Part shown: one piece after another, positions 1 through 14,900 of the stretch
Position numbering within the stretch: position 1 is the stretch's first letter
How the letters are laid out: each line of letters starts with the position of its first letter
Assembly: GCA_051362555.1 (NCBI GenBank)
Contig: CM120644.1
Span: 9,122,954-9,186,953 of the forward strand
Direction of reading: 5' to 3'
DNA length: 64,000 nt
Source: Lingula anatina
Lineage: Eukaryota > Animalia > Brachiopoda
Made by a program: the position numbers and the translations under genes
The notes under the pieces: generated by a model
What the model was told of the DNA's origin: nothing
Database searches by the model: none
What the model saw: the letters and a program-made list of their open reading frames with translations, nothing else

Positions 1-101
1 GTGCACTTTCACGTGCATACAAGTATGCATGCATACATGCGTGGCGTATCCACCTCAACAACAACTTGTGATGTTTTTACATTATACATTATACTTTTCA
101 G

Positions 102-310
102 GAGCACATTTCGACCTGAAAGAATTCCATAATCGTATTCTGAAGACTGGACCAGTGCCCCTGAGTATACTGGAGGCAGTTATTGATGGCTACATCAGGG
201 AGAGCAAACCAACTTCTAAACCGACCAGTGGTGCTTTTTTCATAAATGCCGGGAATATGGTGGCTGTCGTGGTTGTTCTTTGCCATATCACCAAACAGTC
301 CACCGCTTAA
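102..310 (+). CDS. Last coding exon of a DUF885-family protein (gene begins upstream of the window)
   Basis: Acceptor ttttcAG at 100-101, then GAHFDLKEFHNRILKTGPVPLSILEAVIDGYI. This matches the DUF885 C-terminal motif FD(L/I)xxFHxxxLxxGxxPLxxLE. It is followed by an S/T/P linker and a hydrophobic tail, with TAA at 308-310 and AATAAA hexamers downstream. Confidence 0.8.
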
Positions 311-1408
311 CACATTTTTGTCCCTTGGAAACATGCTAAAACGGGCTATTTAGACAAATTATTTTCGGGTTCAGGGATAAATAACCTAAGCATGGTTTTA
401 TACATGGCTTATTGGCTGTCACAGTTTGAAACCTGTTGTAACTATTGTTATAATAAACTATCGATGGAAATCTAGACGACGTCAAGCTTTATACCCTAAA
501 TTGAACTGTAATTTGACCACTTTGGCACAGACGAAACCTGGCTCAATAAATGAAAAACGGAAACGTTGATGGTTCCAACTCGATCGTTGCAGAAATAAAC
601 GACGATCTGGCGCGATTCAGAAATGCTTCTTAGAGGTCATATCTTATAGCAAAAGCAAAGGCGTTCACAGAAAGCCTTGAAAACACTTTCTGGTAGCGAA
701 TTGCCCCTCATTCAACCAATAATTCTCTGACACACTGCTTCATTCAGTTCACGCACCGCAAAACCTGTCACAAGTGTATACAAAATTTCAAAATATGCTC
801 AGGCGTTGCAAAATATGAAGCTTTATTTTTGACAGAATCATGATATGTCACAATCATACTAGGACCAGCCCAAAAGCTCTATACTATCTGACCTGATCCA
901 TGTGATACATAGGCTGTTCTATGTAATGTAATATCTGTACAAGACGAATTGGTAGGTTAATGGCACACTTGGCCTAATTTTTAGGATAAGTTATAATTAT
1001 AATGACCTCAGCACATATAGACATACCTTTTAAACTAAAATAGTTCATATTCAATGTGAAATTAGTATAAATGTATAACAGCGTAGAACAAAATGTTTAC
1101 AATGAATACCTTGAGTACACGTGCTCATATACAATATAGCATTTATATGTGTGTTCTAATTATGAACTGGATTAATCAAATTTCAAGCGGTGGAGTATGT
1201 ATTTTGTCTTTCATTTAACAATCCACATGTGTCTGAATAATAAAATGATTAAAATATTCCATCGCACTATATAGACGTGATGATTATACGCAAGCAGTGC
1301 GTAAATTGGCTTCGGCAAGGTAAGGGGGCTCGTGAGAGAGCTCGACGACTATTCCAATTGGAATGAATAAACTAATACATAGGTAAAATGCAAAATTTTA
1401 GCATTATC

Positions 1409-4400
1409 TTAGCACAATCCGCACTCGTTAAAGAGTACTGCAAATATATTATTCCACTTTGGCAATGGGATATAACTTTTCGTAAAACATTTGTGAAAAG
1501 TGGCGTACAAGCCTACAGTGTTTTTGTTGGCCTTCAGAATCAGTCGACCTGCTTCGTTCGCATGGGGCAGAAAAAAATCAACGTTGGAATCTCGTGGAAT
1601 GAGGTCTACCAGAGCCTTGAAGAGAACCATGGTTCCGATCGTATCTTCTGCATAGAGGGGTCCAAGGTAGAAACCGTTCCTAGCTGGCCTAATTGATCCG
1701 TACCCGACTATCTTTCCCTTCTCCAACAAGACGAGTGATTCTGCCGTCGTTTGGCCAAGCCATAACTTCAGCATTTCTGGTCTTGGTATCACGTGATATG
1801 ACGTATCATAATCAATGAGATCCGACTGGTCAATATGCCTCACGTCAGATATATGGTATTTTCGTTCTGCATCCGATGGCAGTGGGAAGTTTTTGAAGAC
1901 GCCGAAATATTTTCCTAGCACGTCTCCTTTAAGGAGCGGAGAGCCAATGTATCTTTCATATGTATCTGTCATATAGGAAATGGAATTAAAATGAATATTT
2001 CTGTCGCCATATTCTTCTAAAAATGTTTTTATAATTTGTGCCCCTGAAAGAAAATAAAAACCGCAAACTAAAATCAAAATATGCTTTCTGTTACCAACTT
2101 TCTGTAATAATAATAACATAGAGAACTTAAGAACAGCTCTACATGATTCATCTCAGCGTTGTATACAATATTATTTAAAATTGTAAATTACTGGCAAATA
2201 TTTACGGGCTAAATTGAAATGCCAACGTTTTATACAATCATTTAAGAAATGTTTCGTAGCATGTCTCTTTAGCTGTACTGATTGATATTTGAAGATCTTC
2301 TACTAAGTTCATTGGAATTGGAATAAAGTGGGTAATTTTTCTTTTAAATATCATAAACATTTTCAGAAAACTTTTAAGCGATCATTGTCGAACAGATAAC
2401 AAATGTAGCTGCATGATGAAGGATTGGCAATATCATCCTAATTCTGTATCATGAATACTATGAACATAGGCCCTGTTCACAACCAAGTTGATCCACTGAC
2501 TAACTGATCCGCAGTTAAATGTTGGCAAGCTATCATATTTGATCCGATCTCTCCCGGATCAACTTGCTTTGAACAGAGTCATAGACTGGGTTCCCATACT
2601 TAGATCGATCCATCTGGATCGACCTAACTCCCTGCTATCAGCTCAAGAGGCTTAAATGTCTGTCACGCCTACCGAATCAGCTAGGAGTAAAGATAATTAC
2701 CCCCTAATAGTTTCACTAGGCTTGACAGACGTTTAAGCCGGTTAGTTTGATAGCAATTTAGTGAGACTCCCCAAAGAGATAGATCGATCCAAATATCTGT
2801 GGGAATGGTCCCATAGAAGAATAGTAATCTGCTGTTGAAACATTATCTGTAGCCTCTTAAAATTACGACTACTATTTGGAAATGTGATTCAATGGGAACC
2901 GCTGTAACGTGCTTACCAACACCGTGCTTCCGCATTTTCGACGACACTATGAAGTGGCCCACTGTAGTCAGGTCATCATTAAAGTCATGAGCCAGAATGC
3001 AACCTTTAAATAAATTAAAAGAGAAAAAAACGCCATCGTTAGTAATGCACAGTTGCATTTTTATATCTGCTTTCTAGCTCATAATTTCAATCACAATTTC
3101 AATCATAAATGAAGTTTGACAACTAATGATGAGCTGAAGCTTAGTCTAACTGACGACGTTACCTTTCCCTCTTGGGTACCTCAGCCGCGATCTACTGAAA
3201 ATAAAGGGGTTCAAATCTATTTTCATCAAAACTTGAATTGTTAGCGCCCAAATTCAATAGGGCCCTACAGGATCCTATAGGATGTCCTATCAGTAATTGG
3301 CCAAAATCCTATGGAGTCCTGAAGGACGGCATATAGGGTTTTTAAGGAAATTTGCCAAAATGCCTGTAGCGTCATATAAATCACAAATAAAGCATCCTAT
3401 GGAACGCCCGATAGGAAATTTTCGTAAGGGTAGTCACGTTGTAGTTAAGAGCACCGGAATTACAGTTACAATTCAACAGAAAACAAAGTTATGCACAGCT
3501 GGTATATAGCCAGAGTAATAACTGCGCAGTAATATATGCGCAGTAATATCTGCTGAACATACATGTTATTACATACATGCGGCTCTGTAGCCCTGCGTGC
3601 AAGAGTGGAAAGTTAAAATCTTCCAAGCCTGGGCTCCGTAACTCGAAGGCGTTGCGAACTGCGATAGCGATATTACCTTTCATTTCGAGGCTATTATATG
3701 GGTGAGTAAATCCCAAGTTATGGAATCGAGGTGAATCCCCATGCTTGTGCTCGCGATGCTTTCGAGTTACGGAGCCCATGGTTTTCCCAAAAATCATATT
3801 TAACGAATTTTCTCGGGATAAACAGCATTTTCCCAGCATTTTTATCTTCCTTTCCTGACACTTTCCATAACTATGTAACAATTTTGGAAAAAGAGCAAAT
3901 ATCAAAATCCGCGCTTATGCTCCTATTTCACACAGAGCACGAATCCCACGAATCGCCAGGAATATTCTTAACAGATTCTTATATATTCATAGTCAGTTCT
4001 TGCAATTCTTGATAAATCACGAACTGATTACGATTCAATTACGATAAATCAATTGATTGAGGTTATTATTCTGTCAATACACGTTTTAAAAGTTTTATTT
4101 GTCTTCAATGGCAATATTCCAACAGTGGTAACAAAGTCAATTTATTCTTTTACTTTTTACAGATATAATTTTGCAATCACTGCATTTTTATCCATCTTCA
4201 TGGAATGTTCCAGATAATGACAATAGTATTTTCGAAACGTGTCTGATTATCTATATGCAATGACTGAGCATTTTGTTCTCAATCCCAGAACTTATACAAT
4301 AACAGTTCGGTAAGACCTCGCCTCTTTCTTCCTTTGTTAATAATTACAGTTCAAATATTACACCAGAAAAATGTGCCGCATCAAATGGCCCATGCTTAGC

Positions 4401-5236
4401 GACCTACCAGTATCTTTGTATGCCCTTCGCGTGATGCACAAGACTTTTAAACTGATAAAACACACGACACGCATATTATTACCTAGGGTTACAAAGAATA
4501 ACGGTGCACCTCTTTTACATCTAAACAACTGAGGAAGGTCACAGGATAGTGATAAAAATATTCTAGAACTTTTTCTCCGTTCCCCTTTGAAATTACATTG
4601 TGATCCCCTAAAAAGCAGCTCATAAAACGACCCATATGTATATTACTTCTGTCTACTGTGATAATTGTTTACAAAAGCGAGGATAAAGAGCATATGTCTT
4701 TTGAAAATGTTCATGCAAAATAAAAAAAATATATTTCAAGATCATATAATACACGAAGGACTACATAAAACCAATTTTGCTGTATGAATAAGAGAGCAAA
4801 ACAAACATATAGACTATAACAGAGCTGAAGGAATTCTTTTCTTACAAACATAACCAAACCAACAAACCAATCCTTCAAGTTTGAATATTATTAGACTGAA
4901 AAACTCACCCACTGCTTTTCCGTCCTTTTCTGCGATAATCCAGCCTTTTTCACTTATTTTAAAATAGGTCTCAATCATGTCTTGATGTGTATTCCACGTG
5001 GCTTCCTCTGTCAGTTTCCATACCCCAGGGATGTCTTCTTTTCTCCCTCGGCGTATGAGAAGCCCGTGGCTTCCCTCCATATTCCAAGTGAAGGCCCGCT
5101 GAGGCACAGGCACGGGACCCGCGAGTCTGCAAAATGGATCTAATACTGTAGGCAAACGTTCACCGTACTTAGTACTACAAAGCCGTGAAATCATCACACG
5201 TCTTCCTACCACAGGCGCCAACATTCCTGTTATCAT
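1409..5236 (-). CDS. Tandem-GNAT acyltransferase copy 1 (YitH/holothin acyltransferase-like), 349 aa; join complement(1409..2043,2917..3003,4909..5236)
   Basis: GT-AG phase-1 introns, with exons of 328+87+635 bp giving an open frame. Acetyl-CoA motif A (KMRKHGVG) lies in exon 2, and the second GNAT domain has GKIVGYGSIRP...GFYLGPLYAE. An alternative ATG is at 5224. Confidence 0.85.
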
Positions 5237-8232
5237 CTTTGTCAAGTAATTTCTGGATTGCTGTATGGTCTTAAGTTGTTTAGAAATATGTCCCGTCCAG
5301 CAGTGTGTTATGAGAACGCCTGCAGGTCTTTTATCCGATGTGTGTTAAGGACAAAGGGTGCGGGTGACAGCGAGGCCAAATTGGGGCCGGGCCAGGCACG
5401 TGCACTGCAGTAGTAGTTTATGTCCTTGTAGGTGTGGCAACATAAGCAAAAAAAAAATGCTCTATCAAAAAGCACACAAACGTACACAGCGCTTATTACT
5501 GCTGCTGATAATTAATTTATACATGTAGATACTGGGTGTAAGCTTTGTGCATAAAATCTTCAACAAATTTCACGGTGCCTTCACAAAGCTCGTGTGCACT
5601 ATTAAATTTGAGGTCATACTGCTCTCTTAGTTGCTTAGTCGTAGGGCATTCAAGTCCAACTTGCCTCTCCGTTTGCATTGATATCCAGCAAACAAATGGT
5701 ATCCCCTCTCTAGTGATACGGGCCAGCGCCCAGTCTCTATATATGCCTGGTTGTGACAAGGTGAGAAGACGTGTGAAGTTAGCCTCTGATACTCCGGGAT
5801 ATTGGTGTTTTGCTTGTAAACACTATGAGCTGACAACTAAGGATTTGTTTGTCTCTTGATATGCAGTAAACTTAGATCCACTTTTTAATGAAATTGTTTC
5901 CTTAAATTACATTTTCCACTTTACCTCTGCTCTGCAGATTACAATTAACTTGTAATAGCCTATATATATTTGAAGGCTTTTGTTTTACTAGACTCACAGC
6001 TATATAAGATCACCGGCAAAAAATGCCACTTCAAACACTTTTCTTTTGAAAATCTACATTTTTTCAAGAATGGAACAAATATCCACACATGGCATTTCTT
6101 TTGTGTACAACGGTTATCAAGCGTCATGTCAATTTCCAAAGCTTTCAAACACTTCTTTTAACCTACAGCTCTTTGCGTCGACAGTCTTTGGTTCTTCTGT
6201 CGCTATGCCTCGCTCTTTTACCCCAATTTTTTTTTGCATCCGCGCACGCCAACGACAGCACTGTGCCTCACCCACCCACCTACCGTATATACGTTTTACT
6301 TCTTATAGTAATAAAATACAATTTTCAGAAATCATATCTAGCAACAAAATACTGCATTGAACACTCTAGCATTCGAATTCGAACCCACGTACATGTACAA
6401 GGGTATACCTGTGTTTAAGACAGCGGATTTACCAGGGAGCCGCAGGAGCTTCGTTTGTAGGTTTTACATCAAATGGAAACTACCTTGTCACGCAGAGGGC
6501 CAGTTTGGTTGTGCATGTTTACATCTGCAATAATAATCGATAGCCCGGGTGCCGTATAGATGTATTTCATCTCGCGCAACGCCAGTCTCCGAGCATGTTC
6601 TTATCACCATCGTTAAGTTCTCGATGTACCCGAGGCCTTGTTTGAGAAGCCAACACGGAGCGTTTCTAGATGTTTTTTTTTTTTTTTGTTTTTGTTTTTT
6701 CTGAGACTTCGTATTGTGTTAAGATTTAGCTTGGTTTCACGTATGACGTTAAAGAGCACAATGGGATGAAATGCAGCCCACACTGGGACGGTTTTGGTTT
6801 AAGGATGCCTTATAAGAAGAATCATTTCAAAACGTTCAAACGTGTAAAAGCAATTGCAACGATGCGAAGTTTGAGAAAACATATTTGGCAAATAATTCTG
6901 CAAAGACGATACAAATTTTGTCTGCTGAACGCGATATACATTTGGAAAGACAGGTGCAGGATTTGAAGGGGGGGGGCAGGTCGGTGTTTTTTTTTTTACG
7001 AATGACAGACTTTGGATTCGAAGCCCACCTCGGTCCGGTTGCGGTGGGTTTTGGGGCCCGCCGAAGGGCTCCAAAATATTTTGGTGTTTTAAAGGTCACA
7101 CGGTGTTACTTGAAACGGTTAAGAACTATGAGCAAGTTAAAACTCTAATTTCAATAGGGGAATATTTGTGTGATTTTTTAGAAACCGAAGGGGGGGGGGT
7201 CATTACCCCCGACCCTCCCTCTAAACCCGCCACTGACCTTTTCTTATGACACAATAACCTGTATGGCAATGTCTATCTCTTTCGGGAGATTTTGGCACAG
7301 CAAAACATTTATGTGACACACTGCTTCATTCAGTTCACGCACCGCAAAATCGGTCATAAGTGTTTGCGAAATTTCAAAATATTATTTATTTTTGACGGAT
7401 CATGCTTTGTTGCAATCATACTAGAACGGGCCCAAACGTTATATACTATCTGACCTGATCCATGTGATACATAGGCTGTTCTATGTAATGTAATATCTGT
7501 ACAAGACTTATTGGTAGGCAAATGGCACACTTGGCCCAATTTTTAGGATAAGTTAAAATTACAATACAGTCAGCACCTATAGACATACCTTTTAAACTAA
7601 AACATTCCACATTCAATGTGAAATCAGTATTAATGTATAAAATCGCAGCAAAAATGTTTACAATAAATACCTTGAGTATATGTGCTCATATACAGTATAG
7701 TATTTATCTGTGTGTTCTAATTATGAACTGAATAAATCTAATTTCAAGCGGTGGAGTATGCATTTTCTCATATATATACACTGTATTACAATGCACATGT
7801 GTCTGAATAATAAAATGATTAAAATATTCCATTGCACTATATAGCATGATTATTTACAATACTATTCTAACCATTGGTTGTTTAATATAGAACACTTTGT
7901 GATAGGATTACCATTTTAAAAAGGCATATGACTGCCAGCCTCAGTAATGAATTATAATAGTCACTGTTTATCCATGCAGCTTTTTCATTGAAAAATTGTC
8001 AAAATTAGATAATATGCAATAAGTGAAAGTATCAGGATGCCATTCAATTTTGACAATATCAAAAAGTCCTCGGTGATACTATAGTACATTGTTTTAACAT
8101 TAAAATCATTTGGCCTCTTATATAAATTGATTTACAGTCACAACAATGTGCAATGGAAGAATATAATCAGCAAACAACCAAAAGATGTATGAACAAACTA
8201 GGAAAAAGACAAAATGCATAATTGCAGCATTT

Positions 8233-8880
8233 TTAGCACAATCCGCACTCGTTAAAGAGTAATGCAAATACATTATTCCACTTTGGTAATGAGATATAAC
8301 TTTTTGTAAAACATTTGTGAAAAGTGGCGTGCAAGCCTACGGTGTTTTCGTTGGCCCTCAGAATCAGTTGACCTGCTTCGTTCTTATGGGGCAGAAAAAA
8401 ATCTACCTTGGAATCTCGTGGAATGAGGTTTATCAGACCCTTGAAGAGAACCATGGTTCCGATTGTATTTTCTGCATAGAGGGGTCCAAGGTAGAAACCG
8501 TTCATAGCAGGCCTGATTGATCCGTACCCGACTATCTTTCCCTTCTCCAACAGGACGAGTGATTCTGCCGTTGTTTGGCCAAGCCATGACTTCAGCATTT
8601 CCGGTCTCGGTATCACGTGATATGACGTATCATAATCAATGATATTCGGTTGGTCAATGTGCCTTAGGTCAGATATATGGTATTTGCGTTCTGCATCCGG
8701 TGGGAGGGGTATGTTTTTGAAGACGCCGGAATATTTTCCTAACACATCTCCTTTAAGGAGCGGAGCTCCAAGGTATCTTTCATATGTATCTGTCATATAG
8801 GAAATGGAGCTAAAATGCATATTTCTGTCGCCATATTCTTCTATAATATGTTTCATAATTTGGGCCCCTGCAAGGAAAAA

Positions 8881-8919
<39 letters not shown>

Positions 8920-11900
8920 AAGTCTCAAGCTTAAATCAAAATATGTTTTCTGTAAGCAACTTTAAGCAATAATAATAACAATAATAATAATAATATTAAT
9001 AATGAGAACTCCTCTCATTCCTCATGCCCGACGCAAGCCGACCCTGCGGGGGCAGATCAATTAAATGTTGGCAAACTTTCATATTTGATCCAATTTCTCT
9101 CGATCAGGCTTAATTCGTCCGCGGATCAATTTGCTTTTGAACAGAGTCAGAGATCAATAATAATCTGCTGTTGAAATAGACATTAACTATAACCTGTTAA
9201 TATTACGACTACTATTTGGAAGAGTTCATTTATTGTAACTTGCTTACCAACACCGTGTTTACGCATTTTCGACGACACTATGATGTGACCCACTGAGGTT
9301 AGGTCATCATTAAACACATGAGCCAGAATGCAACCTATAAAGAAATTAAAAAAGAAAAAAAAACACCATCATTAGTAATGCACAGTTGCATTTCTATCAT
9401 ATCTGCTTTCTAGCTCATAATTCCAATCATAATTCCAATCATAAATGAAGTTTGACAACTAATAATGAGCTGAAGCTCAGTCTAACTGACGTCGTTACCT
9501 ATCCCTCTTGGGTACCTCAGCCGCGATCTACTGAAAATAAAGGGGTTCAAATCGATTTTCCAAGTTGACCTTTCTTTCAGAATTTGAAAGCAATGCCCCG
9601 AACTGCTTTTATATTTTTATGTACACTAAATCTCAATTGATTATTTGACCTATTTTACTTGCATCCGAAACAGTTACCACGCATAACCAGCGCCACATGT
9701 AGTTCTGTAGCCCTGAAAGAAAGAGGGAAAGTTAAAACCTTCCAAGCCAGGATTTTCCCACCGGCCTTTTTATCTTCCTTTTATGACACTTGTCATAGCT
9801 CTGTAACGATTTTGGAAAAAGCCAAAGATAAAAAAACACGCTTTTAAGCGCAAGTTTTCAAGATACCCCATTCTTTCTATGAATCGACTTCCGGATATCG
9901 CGACACTCTCGTGGCGTGACCCGCGTTATTTTCAAACTGTGTCAATATGAGCGCATTCTCAACGAATTAAGCCAGGCTTTACAAAGCCGGTGACCTAAAA
10001 ATGGCGGACGTACATGAAAGAAAACCGCCTAATCTTTTAATAGTCTCTCCGCCTCTCACACGCCTCCCCACACGTCGTCCCTGCGGGGTACAGTAATTAA
10101 ATCTCGGCTCCGAACATTAATATTTCCGTGAATATCGCTGGTGACATTATCTCCGTAGATAGTCGATTCATTGCTGCTCTACGGGCCAAATTATTCCTTT
10201 TTCGTCTCTGTTTTCAAAGATAATAGAACAGAAGAGCTTTTTTCCTTCGATCGCCTTCAGCCGCCATGCTTTCTTCACCACGAGTTTAACTGATGAGCAT
10301 GCGCACTTAATATTTCTCAGGTAGCTTCCGCATGGCGAACGGAGACGCGATTTAATTACTGTACCCTGCAGGGACGACGTGTGGGGAGGCGGAGAGACTA
10401 TTAAAAGATTAGGCGGTTTTTCTTTCATGTACGTCCGCCATTTTAGGTCACCGGCTTTGTAAAGCCTGGCTTAATTCGTTGAGAATGCGCTCTATGGCTG
10501 ACTACCGAGGTTGAACTGAGCAGGAATTATATCGGAGGGAATGGAAACGGGTGGCGGTCTATTGTCTTATCTCTGTTAAGGGACGGGACAAAGTGAACGA
10601 GTGACAGGCCAAAGCGACGGGGGGTCACCTGTGGAAATCCACAGAGTAGTCCGTTAACTTGCGAGAATACGCGAGAACAACCCATAACTCAGCCCGTCAT
10701 GCTGGTATACGGAAACCGCGCAAGCCTCCACCTCCTCGGCGAAAACCCCAGAAAAAATACTAATACTCATATTTTATCGACAAGTTAATTCAAAATTTGG
10801 ATAACAGAGAGCACATTTCACACATTATGATCTTGGATACAGATTTTTTCAATGAATTGACAATGTAAAAGCTGAGTTTTCCACAACGACGAGCTAACGA
10901 AATTATTTGTTTTACCTTCGACATATATAAACAACAGTTTCCTCTCAGGCCAGTAATGCTCCCTCTCAGGTAGTGGATAACAGAACAGGTTACTTACGTG
11001 CTTATAGTAGAAATTGAAAATATGCACAAAATAGGAATTACAAGCTGTTTTTATTTTGATCAGAAGTTAAAATGCAAATCAATGCTTGTAATTAGTTTTG
11101 TTGTCAATACAAGTGAAAACTTATTTGTTTGTGATAAGTATGCAAAATAATAAAGAAAAATGCAGTTCACATGGTTTTCTTAAAAATCATGTCAGTGGAG
11201 AGTAAATGTCATTGGGCAAATACTAGTAAGGCCGTTCCCTTGCACGATGTAGACGGGTAGGCTATGAAATTTGGCGTATTTACACATCATATTTAACAGA
11301 CGTACCTCTTCATGGGTATTTATTATCATTAATAGTGCTGACACAAAATGAACAGTGCACACACAGGACATTTTTTCTGTGATCAGAAATGTGTTGTTAA
11401 TATTTAGTAGGAAGCATGATCTACTATACCATTTTAATCAGAATGTCGTATACCTGTAAATTGTCTGTGTATTATCAAGGGCAGATTGAGGCAGTCTTCT
11501 GGGTCTTTCGGAATACGGTCAGATTTTCAAGTTTCCGTTGACGATAAATTAGTTTTTTGTCGGAAGTTGTTAAAATGGAGGATGGATGCAAAGATAATTT
11601 GGAAGACTGTCAGAAAATATATCTGGATCCGCCCCTGTATTATGGATATTATTTGATTCCTGTACCTTATTTATTTGCTTCTACATGTAGTAGTATTATA
11701 GGATTTTGATGGAGATTTCAACTGTATAATGTGGATTAAATGTCAGACAGCAGTCTAAGTTGCAATGGAAGGATTTAATTAGTTTATTTCAATTTAAAAT
11801 TCTATGCCGTATCTCTTTGTGATAGCAGCAACCTCTGTCTGCCTGGAGTAACAACAGCCGATGTGACCTTTACCTCCCCATGTTCATTGGCCATAACAGA

Positions 11901-14900
11901 CCTGAAAAGAGTAAAAATAATAACTGTACATTTTTCCCATTGTGTGATCATTCGAAGATTTAACGAAACAATTTTCTACAAGTATCACAGTCTATGTTTC
12001 AGATAGTTTATAATGTCCCCTGTCTGGACATGCCATTTTACCTGACCAGGTAAATTTTACAGGTATAAAAACAGTTAGACAGTTAAATCACAGGTATAGT
12101 GTTTTAGACAATAGCAAGGATCGCCCATAGAAAATGCAACCATGTAAAGGTGTGCATCTAATCAGTTCTAATTACAGAGGAGGATATCATCAACAATTGT
12201 AACAAAATAATACTTGCACCCAATTACAAAGTGGTAAATATACAAAGGTTTTCATGATATAGACGTATACAAAGGAAGTGCTGATTTAATAGAACTGGCA
12301 CAGCCCTAGTCGTATAAAACTTTCTGTAAGTAAGAAGCATATTCAGAACTGGCTAAAAAAAAAACAAACAAATTGTTATTTCCCACTAACATTTCCTTAA
12401 AAAATATAAAAACTAATTCAAAATTGTCTAAAAACACACGCCTGTTATATTCCATTCCCACAACGAGGTTGGTGAGCTAAAAAATGCCACGATAGAGGAG
12501 TAAAAAACACAGAGACCAGCAATGAAGTTCATCCTTTCAGACTAGTCTTTCACGCAAAACAAGCTGTCAATTCATCATTTCCCCTTTAAAATACCAAAAA
12601 CGTGCAAATTCTAATGGGCATAAATTTGGGTCTAAACCACGTGACCAATGTCTGAATTTACAAAGTTCAATATAAGTCTGGTTCGTTTCTTAAAACAGCT
12701 GCGTGACAATCTGTCGGCATAGCCCAATGCACGCTACATATATTTGGGTGTAAAATAAAAGCTAACATTAACATGTTTTCATCGTACAAAGATCCGTAAA
12801 CTGAAAAACCCCGAAAGGTGTGTTAATAGCGTGTGCTGACATCAAACTCGGATATCACTGGACGCGTCTCATATCACGGCTATTTATCGCCATTTTTTAA
12901 AGATTTTGACAAACTTATCACCCAAAAGTATTGCAGAAGTAATAGGTTTTCTGTATGTATACTCGATACATCGTGTCACTCTCACAATTTTCCCAAAAAT
13001 TTGCAAATTTGCCAGAATCGTACAACTTTATTTTCAAGATGGTGGATACGACCACATCCACTGTGTTCTTCATCTGCGTATTTATATACGTTTACAGCCT
13101 ATAAAGCCTAACTTTTTCCTACCTGCAGTTGCTCATTTCTTTAGTAATATATTTTTTCATATTATGTAAACATATTGGACAAAAATAATTTTAAATAATA
13201 TTTTGAACAGTGCCCCCCTTCTCGCTAATAAAAAAAACGAGACCAACTTCAAACGAGCGTTTTAACAGCTTTCTGCATGATAAAAAGGGAAATTTACCTT
13301 ACTCGTGAGCTGGTTATCCTCTTCATTCGTCAAACGAAGCGACATAGATAACACTACACCGACTGTGTACAATTTCCTGAAAAAGATGTACACATACGTG
13401 CACACGAAAAATCCGCGTCTGTACCCATCTCATATGTTATGGTTAGGTATGCTGTGATTGGCTATTGCTCGTCTCTGTTTAATCACGTGGACTTCACACA
13501 TTTAGGGTTCTTTTGTTATCAGCTCTCTATTGATAAGGACCAATGATGCTGCTTGAAATCGTCACACCCTCCTCCCGTTTCCATTCCCTCCGATATAATT
13601 CCCTGAACTGAGGAAGATGAATATGATTATTTTATGCAAAATTGATTGAGGCTATTAATCTGTCAAAACATGTTTTAAAAGTTTTAATTGACCTCAGATA
13701 AGCTCAACAAGAAGCGATTAATGCCCTTAAATTGCCTTCAGCATCCTAGGTTGGATAGCTTCAACCTAGCTGTCTTGCAGTTTCCCGCGGATCCTCAGCT
13801 CCGCTATTTAAGGCGTGTGTTAATGACAAAAGTGATGGATGGTGTCTACTGAGTATAACCGTGAGGCATGAGATGCAAAATGTGTGTTTAATTACTTTTT
13901 ATTTATCCGATGCCTACAGATGTCCGGGGTCCCATATGATCAGTACAGGTTAGGGTTAGTCAGAGTATTGGGGTTAGTGCGTGTACCGGTATATGGGACG
14001 AATGTCACCTGTACAAAGTAATGAAGAACTGACTACGGTTTCTAGCGGACTAACATTGCAGTCACTCCTGTCTACTACCTGTAAAGTATGCATGGGATAC
14101 CAGATCAGTCCAATATAAGACATAATGTTTAAGTGCATTGGTTGTTAATATATAGGCCAACAGTAGAAAAGTCGTTTTCGAGCTGCTTTTAAGGGGATCG
14201 CAATTTATTTTCAAAGCGGAGAGGGGAGAAAGTTCTATATACCGTATGTAGAATATTTTGATTATTATTCCATGACTTGAAAAAAAATCGTTTTGGGAAC
14301 CCTCTTTTAAAATGGTATCTAAAGCATGGTCTTCGCGTGACGCGCCTCTACCAGGTAGTCGAATACACTGACTCCGAAAGCCTACTTGGAGAATTTCGGA
14401 AATGCCGTTAGTGACGCTCGCAGTTAGGGAGACAGAGACAAGACCAAAGCCATCGTCGCCGACACCATGAAGCTGATCGATAACTTAGACTACGGGAAAA
14501 TTGTGACCATCAAAGAAGTGTGCAATATTGTCGTGAAGCAAAAGCCTCCCAAAAAGTTCACATGCCACTGCTGTTTTCGACGTTTAGATCAAATTGCGAA
14601 AGCGTGTAATACCTGTAGGTCATACTACAAACTAATAAAAAAAATAGACCTTTCTCCCCAGCAAACACGTCATATTTGGATCACATGGCTAGCCGTGTTT
14701 GCCTGATGGTCTATCAGTACGCCAAGCTGCGCATGTTGGAGTTTGACTACGACTTCATGCTAAAATTCGTGGATCCGTCCGATTTCCAATATTGCAGATT
14801 CCACTTACATCGCCATCTTGGCTGACAGCATAGAAGACGCAATAAACTCAACATGATAGTACAGTAGACCTACGAAGAAGAAAAACATTTGTGGTTCCCG

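Noticed and set aside
5255-5280. Conserved CATACAG upstream of exon 1 as an acceptor for an extra 5' exon
   Set aside because: Plausible, but no conserved upstream donor or exon could be identified. It cannot be supported without transcripts.
14467-14706. 79-aa Cys-rich ORF as a novel zinc-finger microprotein
   Set aside because: It is a frameshifted piece of the decayed pPolB; its start is polymerase motif B.
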